A DNA stretch of 64,000 bases from Macrostomum lignano (taxonomy: Eukaryota), in the NCBI GenBank assembly GCA_002269645.1, contig NIVC01000822.1, positions 310,805 to 374,804 of the forward strand. Reading direction: 5' to 3'. The notes beneath the pieces were generated by a model. That model was not told the DNA's origin. It saw only the letters and a list, made by a program, of their open reading frames with translations, and searched no databases. This document shows positions 11,461 to 23,825 of the stretch, in pieces. Position numbers and translations under genes: made by a program. Numbering within the stretch: the first letter of the stretch is position 1; each line of letters starts with the position of its first letter.

Positions 11461-14400
11461 ATGACTGTCTCCCAGGGCATCCACTGCTTGCAGGTCAACC
11501 TGAAGCACAGCATTGCTGCTTCAGTCAACCTCTTGAAGCACACTTACTAACTGACAAGTGACAACCGACGGCGAGATGATCCCAGTAGAGCGTGTCACAC
11601 TGGTCGAGCTCTGCTCCACCAGAAATTATGTGCTGCTTGTGGCAGGCGACATCAATGCCCACCACACCCACTGGGGCAGTTCTGATATAAACCAGAGAGG
11701 TGAAGACTTTCTGGCTTATATTGCTACTACAACCCTTGAGTTCTGTAACTCGGGTAGTACCCCTACCTTCAATAACGGACGCCGATCGGAGGTGCTGGAT
11801 GCCACCCTCGCCACGCCCAGGCTCTTCCAGAGCACTAGGGAGTGGCGGGTGCTTTCTGAGGCGTCCCTCTCCGATCACAAGTTCATCTCTTTCACGCTGG
11901 CCAGCGCCCGAAACGCAGGCCAGCTTTACTGGAAACGGAATGCTAGGAATACCGACTGGATCGCCTTCAGGCTTGCCCTGGAGGAGATCTATCGTTGCAC
12001 TAGCACTCCAGTCTCCATCAACACCTGCGAGGAAGCAGATGAATTTGCGGCCGCACTTACGGACTCGCTCACTGCTGCCTTCGAAGCCTCATGCCCACTA
12101 AAGGCAAATAAAGGCAAACAGTCGGCCCCATGTTGGAACCCGCAGCTTGGTGACCTCCGTCGCAGAGCTAAAAGGCTTCACCGTAGGGTCCAAAAAACTA
12201 AAAACCCGGCAGACCAAACCGCCTACCTGAACTCTATCCACGAGTTCAAGAGGCAGGTTAGGAACGCCAAAACCAACAAGTGGCGCGAATACTGTGAGGA
12301 ACTTGAGGGCTCCCGCCCCACCTCCAGAATCGTTAAAGCCCTCACCCTGGACAAAATGTCCAAACTCTCCTCAGTCAAGAGAGCCGACGGCTCGCTCACT
12401 GAGAACCCTGGAGAAACACTGGAAGCGATGCTAACAGCGTTTTTCCCGAACGAGCCAGCCAGGCCCGACCCCCTGATCACTCAGTGGGCGGACACGTACT
12501 GGCTGACTCAATCATCACGGAGGACCGCGTTTCTAAAGCTGTCTCCTCCTTCAAACCCTTCATATCCCCAGGACCGGACGGCGTTGTGCCAGCCTTCCTG
12601 CGGGAGGCGGTGAAATGAACCGGTTTCCTGCAGAACCTTTGCCGGCTTCTGAAAGCTTGCATTGTTTTCGGCTTTGTTCCGAAACCCTGGACCGAGGCCA
12701 AAGTGGTCTTTATCCCCAAGCCCGGCCGATCGGACTACCGGTCTATTAAATCCTTCAGACCAATTAGCCTCACCTTCTCATTGGTGAAGCTGTTAGAGAG
12801 ACTGGTGCTCTGGTGCCTCCTCTCTGTGGAACTGAAGAACAAGCCGCTCAGTGAGAACAAGCACGCCTTTCGGGCAGGCAGGTCCACGGAGAGCGCGCTT
12901 CACGTTTTGGTTGACATGCTGGAGAAAGCCGTTCTTGGTAATGGCTAAGCTCTCGCTTTCTTCCTCGACATTGTTGGAGCCTTCGATAATGTCCTCTTTG
13001 AGGCTTTTGACAGAGTTCTACGTGCTAGAGGAACCCACTCGCACCTCACCCGGTGGATCATGTATATGATCAGCCACCGTACTGCCACCGCACACCTGTT
13101 GGGCCACCAACGGACGGTAACCGTCTTCAAAGGCAGCCCCCAGGGCGGTGTCCTCTCTCCAGTTCTCTGGAACATGGTCATCGATGAGCTCCTCCAGGAC
13201 AGCCATCTTGACCCCATCCTCAAGGTCGGTTACACCGATGATGTCACAGCCGTGGCATCTGGACCGTCACCTGAAACCCTTAGGGATCTGCTGCAAAACT
13301 TTATTCGCTCTGCTGAACAATGGGCGGACAGGTGCGGCCTCAGACTCTCTGAGACCAAAACTGTCGCGATCATGTTCACCAGCAGGGTAAACTGGCTTAT
13401 TCGCCCACTAAAGCTTTACGGGGTGGAAATTCCATCCTGCAAGCAAACCAAGTGTCTCGGCGTTACGCTGGACCACCGGCTGAGCTGGTCCACATACGTC
13501 CAGGCCAAAACCAAAAAAGCCCTCGCGATTCTTGCGCAGCTGCGCAGAGCCGTCGGCACCACCTGGGGCCTCACCCCAAAACGGCTCTGGTGGATCTACA
13601 CCGCAATGGTCCGACCGGCCGTTACTTACGCCGGCCTGGTCTGGACCAGCGCCTTGCAGATTAAAACCTGCCACGAAGCCCTCAAAAAGGTGCAGGGACG
13701 TGCGTGCCGCATGATCCTGAATGCCCCGCTCTCTGCTCCCTTTGACGGCCTCAAAGCCTTTCTTTGCCTCCCGCCTCTGGACATCTTTGTCCGTCACGAG
13801 GCTGCTAAAACCACCCGCCGGCTCATCGAGGCTGGCGTTAGCTTCAAGCCACAATTGTGATGGCGAAGCGCAAGCTCCTGACGCATTCTGACCTGTGCCT
13901 TTAAGTTCTGGAGGAGAGTGGGAGTGCGGCTGTCCTTTCGGACGCTGAGCCGCGCTCCCTCAATCTCTACCAACGCTTCAAGGTCACTATCCCCTCCAGG
14001 GAGAACGCCAACGACAGCTGGGCCCTCAGGAGGTTCACTGCTTTACTGACGGATCCTCCAAAGACGGTTTATCCGGCTTTGGAGTCTGCATCCTTATTAA
14101 CGGCCGCGTGATTGCTACTCACGCCCAACACACTGGCAGACTCTCCAGCGTCTTCCAGAATGAAGTTCTTGCCATCAGCTCCTGTGCAGCTGAGCTCCAC
14201 TGCAGGGACTTCAAGGACAGAAGAATCTTCTTCCACTCTGACAGCCAGGCCGCTTTACAGGCCCTGTGTCACACCACTACGAACTCCCGAACAGTCCGCG
14301 ACTGTATCGGGCAGCTCAACAAGCTGGCTCGGAGGAACAGCGTCCGGCTTATGTGGATCCCAGGACACGCCGGCTTCAAAGGTAACGAGCTCGCCGACTC

Positions 14401-14923
14401 CCTCGCTAAGGCGGGCTGTTCCAGCTCGCCCCTTGGCCCCGTGCGCCTGGCCCCCATCCCCGCCACAGTCATTAATCGTCAGATTAACGACTGGGCGGAC
14501 ATCCTGCACTTGCGCAGATGGGATGGTATCTCCAACTGCCGCCAATCTCGTGCGGCAGTGCCCAATTCGTCCCTCAAGCTGCGGAGAATCCTTTTGAACC
14601 AAAATCGAAAAGATATCCGCGCTCTCACTATGACCTTCACAGGTCACGGTTGCTTTGCCAGGCACTGTTTCCTCCGAAGTTCCCGCCGGAGCGAACTCTG
14701 CCCTTTCTGCAACCTCGAGAACGAAGACGCCAAGCACTTCGTCTGCTACTGCCCGGCCTTCAACCGAGACCGGCTCAACCACCTCGGGCCCAACCCGTCC
14801 CTGGTCGACGTTTGCCGGCCCGAGAACATCCCACGGCTCATCCGGTTCCTCCGGGCCACCAAGCGAGCCTCCGTCTTCCCTACCGAAGACAACGCTGCAG
14901 ACAGGACCGGCAGACCTCCCTGA
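11461..14923 (+). pseudogene. LINE ORF2: APE endonuclease, RT, RNase H and CCHC finger, broken by stops, frameshifts and an EN deletion near 11545
   Basis: LQVNLKHSIAAS, GDINAHHTHWGS, LSDHKFI, FRPISLT, PQGGVLSPVLWN, YTDDV, TWGLTPKRLWWIYTAMVRPAVTY; RNase H TDGS..., SDSQAALQAL, WIPGHAGFKGNELADSLAK; CPFC...HFVCYC. Confidence 0.92.
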
Positions 14924-15034
14924 CCGGCCCCGCGCCCTAGCCTATGCGGGTTTTTCAGGGATTAGCGAAATGGGCGACGCTCGCCTCCCCGCTGCGTCTT
15001 CGGACCGCCCTGCAGCTAAGTCAAGTAAGTCAAG

Positions 15035-16261
15035 CGGCTAAGACTGCCCGCCGTCTAGCTGACGCTGGCATTCGAATCCAGCCCCATAGGGCCATGGCTA
15101 AGCGCAAGCTTCTGCCCCACGCCGACCTCTGCCTCAAGGACTTGAGAGACAGCGGCGGGCTCCACGTCCTATCTGACGGCGAACCCCGCACTCTCAACCT
15201 CTTTCAGCGCTACAAGATCACCATGCCCTCTAGGGATGCTGCCAATGACCACTGGAATTTCCAGGAGGTCCATTGCTACACGGACGGATCCATCAAAGAC
15301 GGTCGCGCCGGCTTTGGGGTCTGCTTCATCATCAACGGCCGCGTAATTGCCACGCATGCCCAGCACACTGGTAGACTCTCCACAGTCTTCGAGAACGAAG
15401 TCCTTGCCATCAGCTCTTGCGCTGCAGAGCTGAACGCCAAGGGTACGAGAGGAAAGACTATTGTCATCTACTCCGATGGCCAAGCGGCCTTACAGGCCCT
15501 TTGCCACACCAAAACGAACTCCCGGACAGTCGCCGACTGCGCTCGGCAGCTCAACCTCCTGGCCAGTAGCAATACTGTCAGGCTGAAGTGGATCCCAGGG
15601 CACGCAGGGTTTCCGGGGAACGAGCTGGCAGACACCCTCGCCAAGAGGGGCGGCTTTGGCTCTTTCTTCGGCCCTGCCCCCCCCCCGGTCCCTATGCCCT
15701 TGACAGTCATCAATCGTCAGATCGACGACTGGGCTGACTCCCTCCACAGGGACAGATGGGCGGGCACCCAAAACTGCCCCGGTAATCTCGTGCCGCGGTT
15801 CCTTGCCCGTCTCGCAGGCTCAGAAACATCCTTCTGAACCAGAATCGGAAGGATATTCGAGCCCTTGTCATGACCCTCACGGGCCATGGCTACCTCGCCA
15901 GGCAATGCTTCCTCCGAGGTGACCTCGAGAGCGAATTTTTCCCCTTTTGCGAGTGCGACAATGAAGATGCTCAGCACTTTGTTCGTCACTGCCCTTTCTT
16001 TACCAGAGACCGGCTACGCTACCCGTCTTGACGAGGTTTGCCAACCCGACAGCATCTCACGGCTCATCCAGTTCCTTCGGGTGACTAGACGAGCCAATTT
16101 CTTCCCAACGGAAGATCACGCTGCAGGACGGACCGGCGGACCACCCTGACCGGCCCCACGCCTCTGCCTGTCTGCGGGCCTTCAGGGGCTAGCGGAATGG
16201 GCGACCCTCGCCTCCCCGCTGTGTCTACGGACCACCCTGCAGCTAAGTCAAGTAAGTCAAG
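15035..16261 (+). mobile_element. 5'-truncated sister-subfamily LINE segment (RNase H, CCHC, 3'UTR and tail) fused directly behind the first element
   Basis: Starts at AAKTARRL, homologous to AAKTTRRL near 13801; CYTDGSIKDG...WIPGHAGFPGNELADTLAK; ends TAAGTCAAGTAAGTCAAG followed by the TSD GGCCGAAAGCCG at 16262-16273. Confidence 0.9.
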
Positions 16262-17607
16262 GGCCGAAAGCCGATTGAAAAAGCGAATAGTGGGGAATTA
16301 GAATTACTGGTACATCTACTGCTCTGGCTTTGGATTGGAGTGTGAACGCGCGTTTATTATTACTGCTTGTGGTTGAACGAGTTAAATAATATAGCTAGCC
16401 CAATCAATCTGGATAGGTACGCGTATAATTAGATAAATAGCCTTTTAGACATTTTTGCCCCAGCAGCATCAACGTGTACTTGGATATCTAAACAAAATTG
16501 AGCCAAAACTACGCGGGCATAAATGGCAGACAAACTTTGAAAAAGTGTCGACAAAAAATAACTGGTCACAAAAATTATCCGCATAAGCACATGAAATAAA
16601 TTGGTTACTGGAATGATATAGCTCGTAGAAAGATGCGTAAAAAATTGTTTAGTCACGGGCTCACACCTAAGAAAACGCTTAAATGTGCAAAATATTGAAA
16701 TAATATATCAATTTGTTTTAGTGTACTCACAATGAAAAATGAGAGCAAAGAGTGGTTAAAAACTAAATTAAGTTACTATGTATTGAATTTAAAAAGGTAA
16801 ATTTACTTAAATTTTAACTTTAAACAGGCAAGAATCAAACGAATTGTGGCTGTAAAAAGCCAATTAATTCGCGAGTTCTTGATAGCTGTTGATTCGGTGT
16901 GGACACAAAATTGCAGCTGAACATTTTTCTGAATGTCGAAACGATGGCTTGACACATGTGCAATAGCGATTAGTTAGTTCTGGCCATTATTCCCCAGTGC
17001 TAATAATAACACCAAGAATTTTAATCAATATGGTGATGGAAACTTGGTTGTAGATTTTTTACATAATATTTGGCTTAGGACCAAAATTTGTGCTATTTTG
17101 TGCCTTTACCGCTTTACATGTATTTGGGTGCAACTAAGTGCAACAAAATACATGTACGGTCGTAGATTGCCTGGGAAAATATAGTTGAGTATTCAGGTTT
17201 AGTTATACGAGTATCTAGATTCCAGCTGTTACAGCAAAAAGCTAGATGTCAAAGATGCAAAGAAATATCGTAATTCAAATATTATTTTTGGATTCGGATT
17301 GTTATTTGTTATTTTAAAATGAGAATTATAAAAAAGGCTGCTTGCTTTAGCTAAAGCCTTTTTAACACGTCAAGCAGCGGCAAAGATCAATATTTAAGCA
17401 GCGAAACTAAGAATTTTAATATCAAGTTCTTTTTTGCTTGAGCCATCCACTGCATATCCGATATATATGAATATATAGCTAGCTATTTTTAATTTTAATT
17501 AATTGGATGCTTAAAAATTAAGGAAATATAGAAAAACGCGACAACGCATTTAGCACAAAAAGTATCTGCACACTGAACCTGTCTAAGCCTGCGAGTCGCT
17601 GCTACCT

Positions 17608-20600
17608 TTAAGAGAACAGCCATTTGGCTAGCCTCTCGATACCTCCTCGGATGTACGCAGTGATGCCATAGACGCTCGTCGGCTTCGGAAAAAACTCTTC
17701 GTACCTGCGGTAAACTCGGGTCTCGGTCTGCAGGAGTACGTTCAGCAGCTCGTCCTTGCCTAGGTTCTCAGCTCGGACAGCGAGCTCTCGAATATCCAGC
17801 AGTTGTTGGATTCGGTCGCGATACCCATCATCCTTGCTCATCTGCTCGGCGTCAATCAGCTTGTCAATGTAGTCAACCTCGTTCAGAGGGTCAGGCTTCA
17901 GAGCGATCTGCTGCAGGCGCCCGATGCACTTTTTGCTCTCCTTGACCAGCTGCATCACGTTGGCCTTCATCCCGAGGTACTCCTCATACACCCGCTGCGC
18001 CAGCTGCTTGGCCGACAGCAGTTTCCCCTCCGCATCGGTGTAGCGACCTTTCAGGTCATCCGACGTCTTTGTAACAGTTTGCTGAGTAATAACAAATTTG
18101 TATGTCATGTTCTTGTGGACTGACCATACACAACCACTTTCGCACACGTGGCAATGGCCATCTTTCATCGCCACGCAGTGAATTTTGTCTGCATCGTCGG
18201 ATAACGCACATGGATAGTGGCACGTCCTGTTGCACGTTAGACAGTTCGTGATGTAAGTTCCGGAAGGAATCGGCTGGCAGACTGCTGTGTCTTCCACCAC
18301 TGTGTATGTGAAGTTGCGGTTACGGTCCAAATCTGACTGGTGAGCCTTGATAACGGATATTTCGCGCTCCAGCTGATTCAACTTGTTCAGACCTTGATCG
18401 ATCTCCGCCTTGATGGCAATTAAGTGAGTCTGCAGTCTCTGTCGCTCACTCAGAACATCTTTGGTCAGGGTCAGGCTCTTTGCCGTAATCTTCATCAAGT
18501 GGGAGAAAAATCCTTGAAAGCTGTTTATTCCCATATCCCAGAACATTCTGTTGAACATTTGGCTCGTCTGGTCCATTTCCTGACACTTGGCAAATACAGC
18601 AGAGTTGTTGAATTTGATGTGTAAATTGTAGCAGATCCTCGCTTCCTTAAGGGACTCGAGTACAGGAGGTATATTTGCATCAGCAAATGTGATTAGCATG
18701 TAGATGTTTTCGCCAATATCCTTACCGAACAGAGAGAGGATCGAGTCGAAAACGTATCGCTGCGTTGGCGTCAGTCTGGCGACACTCGAAGGCACCACAA
18801 AGCCCACAGCATCCAAGTGATCAATGCCACTTGGACAAGAGAAGAACTCTCTGATTCGGTCGACAATCTTCTTGTCGTTCATGATGCCGCCAGTGTCACC
18901 AAATCCTGGCGTGTCCACCAGAGTCAACGAGCAAGGTTGCTGACAGCCATCGCGATGGTGAAATGTGTAGGATGTGACCCATTGAGTTTGACTCATTGAC
19001 TGAAATGTCTTAAGTTTCTTTTCCTTTGGATCTGTAACGACTCTGAAGCGAAACGGGTCTTCGTACTTCACACCGAAGATGTAGTTGACCATCGAGTTGA
19101 TCAGAGTAGTTTTTCCAGAGCCAGTTTCACCAACGATCATAATCACTTTCTCATCAAATCCGGAGAAACTATCGCGTCCGAACTCCATTTTCCGAACTTG
19201 GTGCACTGGATCACAGAACGTCTGGTCCATTTGCAACTCGTACTCAAGAGGCGGCGTAGCCTCAGAATCTAGTTTTAGAGAAGAGTTGAGCAAATTATAC
19301 TTCATTCTGTCCGCTAATGTCGATTTTACTTCATGGGTGACATTCCTTCTCTGCTCTCCAACAGAGTTATCTGAGAGCACTGCTGAAGCAGAAAATGCAC
19401 AGCAGCCATCTCCATTGACTTCGATGGGAACAGTCTTTTGCGAAGGATCAGCCTTAACATAAGTCTCATGGCCTGAGCTGTGTCCCTGCTCGAGCACAGT
19501 GATTCGATAACCAACCAGACGGGCTTTTTGCTGCTGCAACACAGGCGGAGTCAGCTCTAGTTCCACACGAAATGGGGACACCTGCGTAACTGAAGCAATG
19601 TCCGGAGCGGCGCATGCCAATGTTGTCACCATCGGCAGATATTTCACTTCGCAGCGACCGAACATCCGAATGGTCTGATAGGACACCTGATAGGCGGTAC
19701 CCATTTTCAACTGCTCAAGTCGAGCAATTCCACCGTTTGAGCCAAAGTTTTTGATGAGCTCCATCCACTCATTGCTGTGTTCTTCCTTGTAGCGAATCGA
19801 CACACCTTGAACTTCGTTTTCTTTAAAATCAGCAGCTCTCAGAGGTGAAAATAGCAGCTCAATTGCATTTGACACAGAACGCACGGAGCCAACAGAAAGG
19901 GATGCGGAAAAACTCTCAATAGAGAATAATATTGAGTCCAGGCGTTCAAGTACAATATGAGCACGAATTATTTTTTCGGCTTGCTGTTGCAACTTTATGC
20001 AAAGATGCCAATCGTCTTGTTGATCATTAGCCTCAATTACTTTTAGCATAGCTTGCAAACTTTGGGTACAATCTTTGAGAGCAGTCGCAAGATCGAAATC
20101 CTCCCATTGCAGCAACTTTGGTGCGTTGGTTGGAAATACCAACGACACGGTGCAGCAGGTCTTGCCACCAGCTGGTTCAAAAGCTTTCGATTTTGACAGC
20201 TGCGTTATAGCCGTTAAGACATCGAGAAACTCACCCAGCATTGGCAACCAGCTAAAGCTGGGAACGAAAGGAATGCAGTCCTTCAGAGATGCGGGTGTCT
20301 GGGTGCTGTTTCTAACTCGAACTTTGTTCACTGTAACATTATTCTGCACAAACTGCAAAGCTGTAGTCAGTGTTTTGCGTAGATACGGAACATCATGTAG
20401 CACTTTGTAGCCCAGAAGCTCCTCAATACTTCGAGCCACCTTCTGACCTTCGTATAGCCGCTGCAGCACATCTGCACTGGTATTACACCCTTGAACGGAA
20501 CTCTGCTGCTTGCTGGCATCAAAAACTTTAAACAGATTGGCAGCATGAAGTGGTCCTTCGGGAGCAGCATCCATTTTTTCAAGAGAGTCTTTAAACTCAG

Positions 20601-21217
20601 ACAGACCCATTAGTATTACGGTGCCATTTAAAAATGTTTTAATCTTGGCCGTTTCAATGTCGCCATCGCCTGAAAATGAAAACATGGAACAACTAGTGAA
20701 AATTTAAAACAAAACATATTCTATGCTTTAATATCTTAGCGCGACATCAAAGGGTCGTACCTTTCACGATTCCACACAGCAGCCACCCTTGCGACACGCA
20801 GGATACTTCACCGGGCTTTACACCTCCCTGATCAACTGCACTGGCAGAGACGCATTTTTCTTGGAGAACGCCTATCACTAGCTGCTTGGAGAAGTCGCAG
20901 TTGTCCCACAGGTAATGCAGCAGGTCTTGAAGCGAGCAGTTGACATTACTCGTACTTGGCGATGCGTGGCAAATAAGCTTCAGAGCCTGCAGAGAAGTCA
21001 GGCCGAGAGCAGCGACATCGCTTAGAAATGTGTCCGAGCTGTCAAAGAATATTTCTATTTTTTTGTTGCTGACCGCATCCTTGAGTCTGAACTCTGCTCC
21101 AGGGGAGGAATCGCCATGCGAACTCTCAATAAAGCTGTCCGACTCTACTGAGTATTGCTGACCCAGGTTAACTTGTCTGTCAAATGAATGCAGCCAAGCA
21201 GATTGACGGAATGACAT
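17608..21217 (-). CDS. Two-exon gene (21217-20761, 20669-17608), 1172 aa: stonustoxin/MACPF-CDC-like N-terminus (tentative), two FN3 domains, septin/AIG1-like GTPase, Cys-rich module and coiled coil
   Basis: A 91-nt GT-AG phase-1 intron (GAAAG|GTACGA ... TTTTCAG|GC) joins the 156-aa and 1025-aa ORFs in frame (GIVK-G-DGDIE). FN3-like segments: LEQLKMGTAYQVSY and LVGYRITV. GTPase motifs: GETGSGKT, DTPG, TFAD. Confidence 0.88.
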
Positions 21218-22574
21218 TTTTACTTCTGAAATATGATCATTGTGTTTAGAATTTAATATTCAATCAAGATTTTTTTGTATGAAACAGACACACAGGACAG
21301 TTGGGTGTCTTAAATTCATTTACCACACTTTCCCAGATCTCCGTTTACCATCGGTTTTGAAATGCATGAAATTTTTTCCAAACCAATAGAACTAATTTTC
21401 TGAAATCGATCCCATGCCTAGAAACAAACAACTCATTTTTAGTATATCACACTTACTATTAGGTTCTACCTATCTAAACCCTTGTTTAAATCATGATATG
21501 TTCAAAAGAATTCAAATAATTTTTAGGGCTTCCCAAATTGAATATTTAAATTTTTTAGCAAAATTTAGCAACATTTTTTTGAAAAAGGTACTTTTGATAC
21601 GAAACAAAGTATGCATCAAACCTTAATTTAATCTAATAAATTTATAAACACGGCTGATTTTCTAATGATACATATTCGTTTCACTCATACTAACATTTCT
21701 AGTGATAAGTGACAACCATATAATATATAAGACAAGGAAAATGTCTAAGTTTAATTCTATTATCTAAACATAACCTAAGATTAGGAATAATGTTATCTAC
21801 TATCCACCAACTTTAAGTGGTGTTTTATTCAAACTGTTAGTCTTTGCTCAAAAGAAATGTTCACACAGCATTGCAACGCAATCTGCAGTTGGGCCATCAC
21901 TGATTCACGATAACAAAATAATACATGTAGGTCATTTAAAATGATTCGGGGAAATTGGTTTCAGCGGTATTGTAAACCTGCTTTTACGCTTATGAAATTG
22001 TTTAAAGTAAAAAAGTCGAATATTATATCCTACTATTTACTTATATTTTCTTTATTCTAAAACGATAAACATCCTCGCTATAAAAATAAAAGGCATTAGC
22101 TCGTATAAAGATAATCAGATCTTGGTTTTGAATGACCACACTACTTAAGTATTCAAATGCATAAATACATACAGTGAATAGGTAGTTGAGTAGATAAATA
22201 AGTGTATAAATTAATCAGCAGAGGACTCAGTAGTGACTTATTTTTTATCCACGTACAACGTGCAAGTAAATCATTTGAAAACGATGCACAAAATCCAAAA
22301 GTGGTTTTAAATATGCAAGTTTGTACGCGGATTAACAAATATCAACGCACCGTTTTTATTACGTAGCTTTGCTTGAAATAAAATCGGTGGAATTTTTATA
22401 TAATTTTTTTGTTTATTTTTGCACAAAATATAGACCTCGAGAATCGTATTTTCGCATTGAATAATAATGAGCATTTCAACTGCTCATTGAAAAGATTCGC
22501 TTTCGCCAAAATGGATTTTTCCGTTTTAAAGCCCTGATTTTAGGTTAGGCGCACTCAAGATTCTATATTAGTGG

Positions 22575-23776
22575 GATCAACTGAAACCAGATCTAGCCAA
22601 AGTGAAGGCAATTCAGGACATGACACCACCACAGAATGTCAGTGAACTTGAGTCCTTCCTGGGTCTCGTTAACTTCAGCGGAAAGTTCATCAGAAACTTA
22701 GCTGCACTGACCAAGCCGCTTAACCGCCTAAGGAAGAAAAATGAGGATTATGTGTGGACAACGGAGTGCCAGGGAGCATTCGACAAAATCAAGGCTGCAC
22801 TCTCCGATCAATCGAGTCTCCAAATATTCGACCCCGAGAAGCCGATTGAACTGGAATGCGACAGTTCTCAGCGAGCTCTAGGTGGAGTGTTGACACAAAG
22901 CGACCAAGTCGTGCTATACATGAGAAAAACATTGTCTGAAGCTGAGACAAAGTATTCGCAAATAGAACAGGAAGGTCTTGCATTGGTTTGGTGAATTCAA
23001 AGATGTCATCGGTTCTTGTACGGCCGGAAGTTCACACTGATAACCGACCACCGACCGCTCACTTTTTTATATTCGCACCAGACATAGAGTTGCCGACCAG
23101 AGTTTCAGTTCGATTGCTTTAGACACTTAGAGACAAATAAGAACTGTAGACACTCGTGGCCAGAACCGGATAATCCCTGGGAGCGAGTACACATCGACTT
23201 CGTCGGCCCAATAGAAGAAAAATACCTACTCATACCTACTCATTGGATGCATACTCGAACTACCCCGAAGTGTTCATAACAAACGACATGAAGGCCCAGA
23301 CAGTTATCACAAGACTTCGAAGACTATTCTCACAGTTGGGTGATAGTGTATCGTATCTGATAATGGCCCCAGCTTTGTTAGTGAAGCCGCGACCGGCTGG
23401 CTGGCCCAGATTGGCTGTGCGCACATCACAGCGCCCGCCCACCATCTCCAGAGCAACGGGATTGCAGAGCGGATCGTGAGGACTGTCAAGGACGCAATCA
23501 AAACATCAAAACAAACGGTTTTTCGCAAAGGAGCATTGACAGATTCCTATTGTACTACAGAGCAGCCAAAGGGAAGCAGCATGCATCACCTTCCGAGCTA
23601 CTGAACGGCAGGAAAATCCAACTGCCGATGTTGGAGAGCAAGGCTCAGTCCAAGTGGAACTCAGCAGGACAATCACTCATCTACCGCGCATATCGAATTC
23701 TCACGAGCCACGAACTGTGCGATTCGTCAAGACGCTTGGCAGCAACACAGCAATCCTATATACTAAAAATGAAAAT

Positions 23777-23825
<49 letters not shown>

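Larger units (their letters stand above)
9436..15034 (+). mobile_element. Full-length but mutated Loa/R1-group LINE (5'UTR, ORF1, ORF2 EN-RT-RNase H-CCHC, 3'UTR, (TAAGTCAAG)2 tail)
   Basis: ORF1 and ORF2 as listed below; tail TAAGTCAAGTAAGTCAAG at 15017-15034; preceded by the TSD GGCCGAAAGCCG at 9424-9435. Confidence 0.9.

Noticed and set aside
14975-15034. HDV-like ribozyme in the LINE 3'UTR (GCCTCCCCGCTG...GCTAAG resembles L3 and J4/2)
   Set aside because: P1, P2 and P4 pairings could not be formed.
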